DNA of 16,784 nucleotides, taken from positions 1 through 16,784 of the forward strand of contig JBILLV010000200.1 of NCBI GenBank assembly GCA_044375895.1. The letters are read 5' to 3'. The stretch's first letter is position 1. Every line of letters starts with the position of its first letter. The stretch comes from Polyangiales bacterium. GTDB lineage: Bacteria; Myxococcota_A; Polyangia; Polyangiales; Ga0077539. Both the position numbers and the translations under genes were made by a program. Below, in pieces: positions 1 to 8,476 of the stretch. Below the pieces are notes generated by a model that searched no databases, had not been told where the DNA came from, and was given only the letters and a program-made list of their open reading frames with translations.

Positions 1-1
1 C

Positions 2-736
2 GCGAGCGCGCTGCGCCAGCTCCTGTGGTACGCGGTGCAGTCCGACCTGCTGGTGTGCTCCCGCATGATCCTGAGCGGCGCCGAGGTGTCGCCCGACCGC
101 GTGCTGGAGTACATCGACTCGTACCTCGCGAGCGCGTGGCACCCGGGGGCGCCGCCGGAGCCTCCCTCGCCCGGTCTCCCCACCGCGGACAGCGACCACG
201 CGCCCATCGCGACCTCGGTCGCCGAGCACACGGCGCTGCCGTTCCACGAGTCGACGGAGGTGTTTCGCGCGGAGCGCCCGTCGGGCCAGCCGGGCTTCGT
301 CGACCTGCTCGGCGACACGGGCACGGGCGAGGATTTCCACCGGGCCAGCGTGGAGCCCACGTCCCCTTCGACGATGCTCGACCCGGAGGTGCGAGCCCGC
401 CTCGCGGCCAGCCGCGGCGCCGCGCTGCCCGAGCACTTCACCCTCGACGACGACGCGGCCTCGGGGGCCTGGCGCCGCTCGATCCTCGAGGGCGTGACGC
501 CGTCTCGCCGCCCCGCCCCGACGCTCAGCGCCCTCTCCGACGACGCCCTCTTCTTCCTCGAAGCCTCCGGCGCCCGGTGGCCGTGCGACCTGGGCAACCT
601 CCAGGCGGCCCGCGCCATCTTGATGACGCAGGCCCCCCGCGGCGACACGAGCGGCGACCCCCGCGGCATCACCCGGGCGTGGTCCGAGCGGGTGGAGCGC
701 GGCTACGACGAGCTCCGACGGCTGGCCGAGCGCTGA
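2..736 (+). CDS. Hypothetical protein, C-terminal part only; the reading frame is open from the left edge of the window, so the gene is 5'-truncated
   Basis: Frame 2 is open from nt 2 (ASALRQLLWYAVQSDLLVC...) to a TGA at 734-736. GC3 is high and the amino-acid composition is diverse (D, E, F, W, Y present), unlike the Arg/Ala/Gly-rich shadow ORFs. I recognise no family. It lies 23 nt upstream of the next gene. Confidence 0.5.
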   Translation, partial: ASALRQLLWYAVQSDLLVCSRMILSGAEVSPDRVLEYIDSYLASAWHPGAPPEPPSPGLPTADSDHAPIATSVAEHTALPFHESTEVFRAERPSGQPGFVDLLGDTGTGEDFHRASVEPTSPSTMLDPEVRARLAASRGAALPEHFTLDDDAASGAWRRSILEGVTPSRRPAPTLSALSDDALFFLEASGARWPCDLGNLQAARAILMTQAPRGDTSGDPRGITRAWSERVERGYDELRRLAER

Positions 737-759
737 TCGGTTGCGGTAGTCTCCGGGCG

Positions 760-1269
760 ATGACCCCTACGCTCCGCGCCGCCGTCGTGGCGACGGCCCT
801 GACGCTCGCCCCCTCGCTCGCTCCCGCCATCACAGCGCGCCCTGTCACCGTGACCGAGCTCACGCGCTCGGCCGACGATGTGATCGTGGGCACGGTGCGC
901 CGCTCGTTGAGTCGTTGGGAGGGGCGCTTCATCGTCACCGACCACGAGGTGGAGCTCACCGCGGTGCTCAAGGGCCGGCTGCCGTTGCGCGCTGTGGTGG
1001 TGGTGCGGGTGGCGGGCGGCGTGGTGGGGCGCATCGGGCAGCACGTGCCGGGCGCGCCTTCGCTCGAAGACGGGCGGACGTACGTGCTCTTCCTCGCGGG
1101 CGGCGTCTCTGACGTGCGGTACCTCGCGCACATGACGGCGGCGGTGGTGCCGATGACGGTCGACGCCGCGGGGCGGGTGCAGGCGACGGCGCCGGAGTCG
1201 CTCACGATGGGCGCGCCGACGATGGCCTTCGAACGCCTCGTGGGGGCGGTGCGGGCGGTGGCGCCGTGA
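760..1269 (+). CDS. Secreted hypothetical protein of about 169 aa with an N-terminal signal peptide
   Basis: The ATG at 760 is followed by MTPTLRAAVVATALTLAPSLAPAITA, a hydrophobic h-region with an AxA-like cleavage site. The body has balanced composition (TVTELTRSADDVIVGTV..., YVLFLAGG). Its stop TGA at 1267-1269 overlaps the GTG start of the downstream protease (GTGA), indicating translational coupling. Confidence 0.6.
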   Translation: MTPTLRAAVVATALTLAPSLAPAITARPVTVTELTRSADDVIVGTVRRSLSRWEGRFIVTDHEVELTAVLKGRLPLRAVVVVRVAGGVVGRIGQHVPGAPSLEDGRTYVLFLAGGVSDVRYLAHMTAAVVPMTVDAAGRVQATAPESLTMGAPTMAFERLVGAVRAVAP

Positions 1270-2150
1270 GGCCCGCGGCGCTGGTGGTGGCGCTCGGCGT
1301 GTGGGCGCTGGCGGGCGACGCGGCGGCGTACTGCCGCTCGACGACGTCGCGCATGCGGGCGACCTCGCTGGGAGAGTGCGTGCGGACGGGCATCCCGCTG
1401 TCGTGGCGGTCGCGCTGCACGGGCTTCTCGCTCTTTCGCCTCAACACGCCGATGAACATCCCGCTGATGGAGTTCGACCGGCTGGCGCGGGTGGCGACGG
1501 AGGCCTGGGCGCGGGTGCCGTGCGACGCCGACGGCCGCGGGATCCAGTACTTCCGCGTGCTCCCCAACCTCCCCACGTGGAACCCCTCGGGCTACGACCC
1601 GCGCGGGCAGAACTCCAACACCATCGGCTTTCGCCCGCGGTGGAACGACGACGCGATCCACCGCCCCGGCGCCATCGCGATCACCATCGCGACCTTCGAC
1701 TCGTTCACGGGCGAGATCTTCGACGCGGACATGGAGATGAACGACGCCGAGTTCGACTTCTCCATCGGCACGACGATGTCCGACCCGTCCGCGGCCGACC
1801 TCCAGACGATCCTGACGCACGAGTTCGGGCACTTCATGGGGCTTTCGCACAGCGACAACGACCGCGCGGTGATGTGGCCGGAGGCGGGCCTCGGGGAGAT
1901 CCGCCGCGACCTCACCTCTGACGACTCCGCGGGGATGTGCGCGATCTACCCCGCCGCGCAGACGCCCGCCGCGCGCTGCATCGCCGTCCCCTACGGCGGG
2001 CTCACCACGCACGCCGGCGGCACGCTGGTGACGGGCACGTGCAGCGCATCGCCGCGTACAACCTCGCGCGGCGCGTGGACGGCCCTGGGCCTGGTCGCCC
2101 TCGCCGCCCTCGCCCGTCGGCGTGAACGAAGCATCACGCGCCCCACGTAA
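1266..2150 (+). CDS. Secreted zinc metalloprotease, matrixin-like (metzincin M10), with a C-terminal MYXO-CTERM-like sorting tail
   Basis: Signal peptide MRPAALVVALGVWALAGDAAA. Zinc-binding motif HEFGHFMGLSHS (HExxHxxGxxH) followed by a Met-turn AVMWP, which is very close to the matrixin consensus HEFGHSLGLSHS...ALMYP. C-terminus is ...GTCSASPRTTSRGAWTALGLVALAALARRRERS: a Cys, then a hydrophobic helix, then a basic cluster, which is the MYXO-CTERM pattern. Start assumed at GTG 1266, overlapping the upstream stop. Confidence 0.8.
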   Translation: MRPAALVVALGVWALAGDAAAYCRSTTSRMRATSLGECVRTGIPLSWRSRCTGFSLFRLNTPMNIPLMEFDRLARVATEAWARVPCDADGRGIQYFRVLPNLPTWNPSGYDPRGQNSNTIGFRPRWNDDAIHRPGAIAITIATFDSFTGEIFDADMEMNDAEFDFSIGTTMSDPSAADLQTILTHEFGHFMGLSHSDNDRAVMWPEAGLGEIRRDLTSDDSAGMCAIYPAAQTPAARCIAVPYGGLTTHAGGTLVTGTCSASPRTTSRGAWTALGLVALAALARRRERSITRPT

Positions 2151-2183
2151 CATCCGAGACCCGTGACCGCGCCGCGGGGGGTG

Positions 2184-2216
2184 TGAACGGCTGGATACGC
2201 CCGCGCGTTCTACGAC
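2184..2216 (+). promoter_or_regulatory. Candidate ECF-type promoter (tGAAC-N17-CGTT) upstream of the ECF sigma factor gene; possible autoregulation
   Basis: tGAAC at 2184-2188, then a 17-nt spacer, then CGTT at 2206-2209. This is followed by an AT-richer patch (tacgacaatttcagtgaatttc), unusual in a 72% GC window. It sits about 100 nt upstream of ATG 2314. The pattern matches the general AAC-N16/17-CGT architecture of ECF promoters. Confidence 0.35.
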
Positions 2217-2313
2217 AATTTCAGTGAATTTCTCGTCCGTCAGGCGTCATGGGGGGCGCGCGCGAGGCGGCACGGCGGTTGCGAACTGGCGAATCTGCCG
2301 GAGGACGACGCCG

Positions 2314-2928
2314 ATGACGAACACCTGCTCGACCCTGAACGACGCCCAGCTCCGCGACCGCCTGCTCACGCTGGACGGGTCTGCGTGGCGCGAGTTTCAC
2401 CACCGTTACGACCGCATGGTGTGGACGTGCGTACACCGCGTGGTCGCGCGCTTCAGCGGAGTGGTCCCCTCCGACGCCCTGCATGAGATCCGGGCGAACT
2501 TCTACGCCTGCCTGCTCGCCAACGACATGCACAAGCTCCGCACCTTCGACGTGGATCGCGGCAACAAGCTCGGGAGCTGGATCGGGCTGATCGCGATCAA
2601 CGCGGCGTGGGACTACCTCCGCGGCTGCGCCCGCCGCCCCACCGCGCCCCTCTTCGCGGCGGAGAATCTGCACAGCGACGAGGCCGACCTCTTCACCCGC
2701 TCGGCCGCCCGCGAGGAGTGCTCGCGCCTCGCCGACGTGGTGAGCGGGATGTCGAAGCGCGATCGGGAGTTCGTCCAGCTCTACTTCGTCGACGGCCGCT
2801 CTCCCCAAGAGGTGGCCGACGCCCTGGGGATGAACGTCAAGAGCGTCTACACCAAGAAGCACCGGCTCACCCGCCTGCTCCGCGACGCCCTCCGCGCGAA
2901 GCTCGAGCCGGTCTCCATCGCCGCCTGA
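2314..2928 (+). CDS. RNA polymerase sigma factor, ECF subfamily (sigma-70 regions 2 and 4)
   Basis: Region-2-like segment GSWIGLIAINAAWDYLR. Region-4 helix-turn-helix REFVQLYFVDGRSPQEVADALGMNVKSVYTKKHRLTRLLRDAL. Start chosen at ATG 2314 (MTNTCSTLNDAQL), with GGAGG 10 nt upstream. The longer ORF beginning at 2224 has an Arg/Gly-rich, non-protein-like N-terminus. Confidence 0.85.
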   Translation: MTNTCSTLNDAQLRDRLLTLDGSAWREFHHRYDRMVWTCVHRVVARFSGVVPSDALHEIRANFYACLLANDMHKLRTFDVDRGNKLGSWIGLIAINAAWDYLRGCARRPTAPLFAAENLHSDEADLFTRSAAREECSRLADVVSGMSKRDREFVQLYFVDGRSPQEVADALGMNVKSVYTKKHRLTRLLRDALRAKLEPVSIAA

Positions 2929-2956
2929 TCGCCTCCCCTCCCCTCTCCTCTCCCCG

Positions 2957-3637
2957 CTACTTCTTCTCCTCTTCGAGCATCCCGTCGGGCAGGTCGTGCC
3001 CCATGCGACTCTGCTTCGCGCGAAGGTACTCCCGGCTGTACACGTTGACGGGGACGTTCACCGGGACGCGCCGCGTGATGCGCACGCCTTCAGCCTCCAG
3101 CCCGTCGACCTTCGCCGGGTTGTTGGTGAGCAGCGCCACCGAGCGGACGCCGAGCGCGCGCAGCATGTCGGCCGCGGGGCGGTAGCTCCGGAGGTCGTCG
3201 GCGAAGCCCAGGAGGCGGTTGGCGTCGACGGTGTCGTGCCCCTGCGACTGAAGCGCGTACGCGCGGATCTTGTTGCCGAGCCCGATGCCGCGCCCCTCCT
3301 GGCGGAGATAGAGCACGACGCCGGCGCCCGCCTCGGCGATGGCCCGGAGCGCGTGGTCAAGCTGCTCGCGGCAGTCGCACTTGAGCGAGTGGAGCGCCTC
3401 GCCCGTCCAACATTCGGAGTGGGCGCGCGCGAGGACGTCCTCGCCGTTCGCGACCTCGCCGCACACGATCGCGACGTGCTCAACGGGCGCGCATTGGGCG
3501 TCTAACCCGCAGGGGAGCTCGCGAAACACCACCACACGGAAGGCGCCGTACTCCGTCGGCACGTCCGCCTCGGCGTAGCGCTCGAGGGAGCTGGGAGGCA
3601 TCGGGGCGGAGGGGTCCATCGGTGGGGCGCGGAGCAT
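2957..3637 (-). CDS. ribA: GTP cyclohydrolase II (riboflavin biosynthesis)
   Basis: RAHSECWTGEALHSLKCDCREQL matches the RibA zinc-binding motif VHSECLTGD..SLRCDCGFQL. LYLRQEGRGIGLGNKIRAYALQSQGHDTVDAN and LLTNNPAKV are also conserved RibA blocks. Start is uncertain among the ATGs at 3637, 3619 and 3601; none has a clear Shine-Dalgarno. Confidence 0.9.
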   Translation of the reverse strand: MLRAPPMDPSAPMPPSSLERYAEADVPTEYGAFRVVVFRELPCGLDAQCAPVEHVAIVCGEVANGEDVLARAHSECWTGEALHSLKCDCREQLDHALRAIAEAGAGVVLYLRQEGRGIGLGNKIRAYALQSQGHDTVDANRLLGFADDLRSYRPAADMLRALGVRSVALLTNNPAKVDGLEAEGVRITRRVPVNVPVNVYSREYLRAKQSRMGHDLPDGMLEEEKK

Positions 3638-3712
3638 CGTCGGCGGGGGCGCCGCCCGTCAAGCGGTCCAGAATTTCGCGGACGCGCGGACGTGGGGATA
3701 TCGTCCCGCGCG

Positions 3713-4492
3713 ATGAAGATCGTCAGCTGGAACGTGAACGGCATCCGCTCGGCCTTGAAGAGCGGCTTCCTCGACTGGTTCAAGGCCACCGACCCCGACG
3801 TGCTCAACCTGCAGGAGATCCGTGCGGAGTGGGCCGAGCTCGACCTCTTCACGCAGCGCGAGCTGTCGGCGCACCACGACGTGTGCTGGTTCCCCGCGAC
3901 GTCGAAGAAGGGGTACTCGGGGGCGGCGACGCTCACGCGGAAGAAGCTCGGGTTCGCCCACACGAAGGGCCTCGGCATCGAGGCCTACGATGTGGAAGGG
4001 CGCATGGTGGTGAGCGAGCACCCGGCCTTCACCTTCATCGCGGGCTACTTCCCCAACGCCGCCGCCGAGCTCGTGAGGCTCCCGTACAAGCGCCAGTTTG
4101 CCCGCGACCTCGCGGCCTTCGTGCGCGCCCGCCACGCCCAGGGCAAGCGCGTCGTCGTCGTCGGAGACATGAACGTCGCCCCCGAAGAGATCGACCTCGC
4201 CAACCCGAAGACCAACCGCAAGAACCCCGGCTTCACCGACGAGGAGCGCGAAGACTTCCGCGGGTACCTCAAGGAAGACCTCGTGGACGTGCTCCGCGAG
4301 CGTCACCCCGGCGAGAAGGGCCTCTACAGCTGGTGGTCGCAGCGCGGCGCCGCCCGCGCGAAGAACGTCGGCTGGCGCATCGACATCTTCCTCGTCAGCC
4401 GTCCCCTCGCGGCGAAGGTCACCGACGCGCGGATTCACCCCGACGTGCGGGGCTCGGACCACTGCCCCATCTCCCTCGACCTCGACGTCTGA
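3713..4492 (+). CDS. xth: Exodeoxyribonuclease III (Xth/ExoA/APE1-family AP endonuclease)
   Basis: N-terminus MKIVSWNVNGIRSA is canonical for ExoIII (compare MKFVSFNINGLRAR and MKLISWNVNGLRAV). LNLQEIRA; catalytic-region blocks VVVVGDMNVAPEEIDL and WRIDIFLVS; C-terminal SDHCPISLDL. The EEP fold signature is clear. Confidence 0.92.
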   Translation: MKIVSWNVNGIRSALKSGFLDWFKATDPDVLNLQEIRAEWAELDLFTQRELSAHHDVCWFPATSKKGYSGAATLTRKKLGFAHTKGLGIEAYDVEGRMVVSEHPAFTFIAGYFPNAAAELVRLPYKRQFARDLAAFVRARHAQGKRVVVVGDMNVAPEEIDLANPKTNRKNPGFTDEEREDFRGYLKEDLVDVLRERHPGEKGLYSWWSQRGAARAKNVGWRIDIFLVSRPLAAKVTDARIHPDVRGSDHCPISLDLDV

Positions 4493-4495
4493 CCT

Positions 4496-5122
4496 TCAGC
4501 TTCGCGGCCGCATCCCGTCGAGGAGCACGTCGGCGAGCTGTGTGGCCGCGCGCTTGAGCCCGCCCGCCTCGGCGCTCCCGAGGGCCCACGTCATCGCGAT
4601 GCCGTCGAGCGCCCCGAAGATGGCGCGCGCCATGATGCGGGGAGAGACGTCCTCGCGGAGCTCGCCCGCGCGCTGCCCCTCGGCCACCACCGAGGCCATG
4701 AGCTCGAGGTACTCGGTGAAGCGCTTCGTCGCGTACTGCTTCAGCAGCCGCGACGACTGACGGAGGTTCACCGTGATCACCTCCGCGAGGTCGCGCTCGC
4801 CCTCCAGGAGCCCGAGCTGAAACTCCACGATGCGTCGCACGCGCGCGCCGCCCGGCGGGAGCCCCTCGACCTCGCGGCGCAGGAGTGTGAGCAGACGGGT
4901 GATGCGGTCTTCGAAGAGCGAGGTGAGGAGCTCGTCCTTGCTCTTGAAGTAGAGGTAGATGGTGCCGTCGGCCACACCCGCGGCCTTCGCGATCTCCGAC
5001 ACGCGCGAGGCGTAGAACCCTTTGCGCGCGAAGACCTTCACGGCCGCTCGGAGGATGCGCTCGCGCTTCTCGACGGCCTTGGGGTCGTCGCGGCGGCGCC
5101 CGCTGGGTCGCGGTTCATTCAC
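4496..5122 (-). CDS. TetR/AcrR-family transcriptional regulator
   Basis: N-terminal helix-turn-helix RERILRAAVKVFARKGFYASRVSEIAKAAGVADGTIYLYFKSKDELL is the textbook TetR signature. About 200 aa. Its stop is 3 nt from the convergent xth stop. Confidence 0.9.
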   Translation of the reverse strand: MNEPRPSGRRRDDPKAVEKRERILRAAVKVFARKGFYASRVSEIAKAAGVADGTIYLYFKSKDELLTSLFEDRITRLLTLLRREVEGLPPGGARVRRIVEFQLGLLEGERDLAEVITVNLRQSSRLLKQYATKRFTEYLELMASVVAEGQRAGELREDVSPRIMARAIFGALDGIAMTWALGSAEAGGLKRAATQLADVLLDGMRPRS

Positions 5123-5163
5123 GCGGCGGGCGCTACCATGGGGTCGCGCGGGGCGTCAATCGG

Positions 5164-6921
<1,758 letters not shown>

Positions 6922-7034
6922 GCGTTCACCTCTCGCCTGATTCCTTGCGCTTGCCCTCAGTGAAACGGCATCCGGCGCGAGAACTCAAGCCCCGAATGTC
7001 ACTCTTCAGACACCGCAGTGTCCGACCGGTGGGG

Positions 7035-8240
7035 TCATGTACGGCGCGCGGTCAGGGAGACACGCACCACCTCGGGCGGCGCCGCGAGGCGCACGGGCGG
7101 CCCGGTGATCCCCACGCCGCGCGAGACGAACAGGCTCGATCCGCCGCGTTGGTAGCGCCCCGCGACGAAGGGCATGAGCCGATCGGCGACGTGGCCGACG
7201 TTCACCTGGCCCCCGTGCGTGTGCCCCGAGAGCTGGAGCGCCACGCGGCCCGCAGCCTTGATGAAATACACAGGATTGTGAGCCAGCAGCACCACCGGCG
7301 CCTCCGGATCGGCCCCCGCGAGGGCGCGCCGCAGGTCGGGACCGGCCCCGCCAAACAGCCGCGGCGCCATCACGTCGTCGACCCCCGCGAGCGTGATCGA
7401 ACCCCGCCGCGGGTCGCCCGTGTGCACCTTCACCGCCGCGTTGACGAGGCACGAGATCCCTGCCGCCGCGAAGCCTCCTCGCACCGCCTCACGCCCGGTG
7501 TAGTGGTCGTGGTTGCCCAGGATCGCGTGAACGCCGAGGCGCCCCCGCAGCCGCGCGAGGGCCCGCACCGCGTCGGGCACGTGCGCCGGGTTGTTGTCGA
7601 GGATGTCGCCCGTGATCACCACGAGGTCGCCGCGCAGCGCGTTGACGCGCTCGATGAGGCGATCGAGCTCGCGGGGACCGGTGAAGATCCCGATGTGCAG
7701 GTCGGTGATCTGGACGATCGTGAGCCCGTCGAGGGAGGGCGGCAGGTCGGTGACGGTGACGCTCGCCTCGGTGAGCTGGAGGTCGTGCCGCTCGCGCAGA
7801 GCCCCGTAGAGCGTGGCCGCGCCCGCCGTGCCTGTGACTGCCAGAGAGAGGCCCTGCGCGATCACCTCGCGCCGCGTGGGAGCGTCTGGCGGCGGCGCCT
7901 CGGGGCGTGGGCGAAGCCGCTCGACGATGCGCCAGGCGTTGGACACGAAGTGGACGCCGAGGATGCCCGCGGCGCTGGCGAACAGGGTGAAGCCCGAGAG
8001 CCGCGAGAGCCACACGAGGGGTCGCCAGATGCCGCCGCCGACGGGCGCGTAGAGCCGCGCGCTGAGCTCGATGATCGTCGAGAGCGCCACGGCCGCGACG
8101 CATGCCACCAGGAGCCAGCGTCGCGTCGTGCGGCCCTCGGTGCGTCGCGGTGCGATCGCTCGCGCGGTGACGTAGAGGCCGAGGCCCACTTGAATCGCCA
8201 GCACCACGGCGAAGAACACGAGGCGCAGGAGGATGGCCAC
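7035..8240 (-). CDS. Membrane-anchored metallophosphoesterase (calcineurin-like, COG1408-type) with N-terminal transmembrane helices
   Basis: Metallophosphoesterase motifs ITDLHIG, ITGDILD, GNHDH and GHTHGGQ follow about four hydrophobic helices (VAILLRLVFFAVVLAIQVGLGLYV, WLLVACVAAVALSTII, FTLFASAAGILGVHFV, LSLAVTGTAGAATLYG). Start placed at the in-frame GTG at 8240, just before the first helix. The first ATG in frame is at 8462, but the 74 residues it adds are Arg/Gly-rich and non-protein-like. The start is therefore uncertain (8240 to 8462). Confidence 0.8.
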   Translation of the reverse strand: MAILLRLVFFAVVLAIQVGLGLYVTARAIAPRRTEGRTTRRWLLVACVAAVALSTIIELSARLYAPVGGGIWRPLVWLSRLSGFTLFASAAGILGVHFVSNAWRIVERLRPRPEAPPPDAPTRREVIAQGLSLAVTGTAGAATLYGALRERHDLQLTEASVTVTDLPPSLDGLTIVQITDLHIGIFTGPRELDRLIERVNALRGDLVVITGDILDNNPAHVPDAVRALARLRGRLGVHAILGNHDHYTGREAVRGGFAAAGISCLVNAAVKVHTGDPRRGSITLAGVDDVMAPRLFGGAGPDLRRALAGADPEAPVVLLAHNPVYFIKAAGRVALQLSGHTHGGQVNVGHVADRLMPFVAGRYQRGGSSLFVSRGVGITGPPVRLAAPPEVVRVSLTARRT

Positions 8241-8476
8241 GACGCGGCGATCATGGGGACAACGGCGCCCGCGCGCAACGACCACCCGCGCGAACGTCCC
8301 TGGCGAGGGGGCGAACGGCGCTGGACAACCCGCGGGCGCGCTCGTACCTTGTCGCCCTCTTTGGGGGCGCCTCAGCCTCCACCACGCCACCCCCAACCCG
8401 CCACACGTCACGCGTCTCGTCGCCGCCGCGCCCCCGCGGCCCCTTCGACGACGGCGCCCCACCCCATGGACACGCC

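Noticed and set aside
669-2153. 494-aa minus-strand ORF spanning the secreted-protein and protease genes, plus smaller ORFs at 703..1131, 915..1112 and 1301..1921
   Set aside because: Arg/His/Gly-rich low-complexity translations. The + strand genes have signal peptides and a metzincin active site.
2224-2313. 90-nt N-terminal extension of the ECF sigma ORF (MNFSSVRRHGGRARGGTAVANWRICRRTTP)
   Set aside because: Arg/Gly-rich and not protein-like. The ATG at 2314 has a GGAGG Shine-Dalgarno at the right spacing and begins the conserved sigma region.
8241-8462. Upstream extension of the metallophosphoesterase ORF to the ATG at 8462 (MGRRRRRGRGGAAATRR...)
   Set aside because: A 74-residue Arg/Gly/Ala-rich leader with no hydrophobic or structured character. 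The in-frame GTG at 8240 immediately precedes the first transmembrane helix. I kept the longer version as an alternative because no ATG exists in between.
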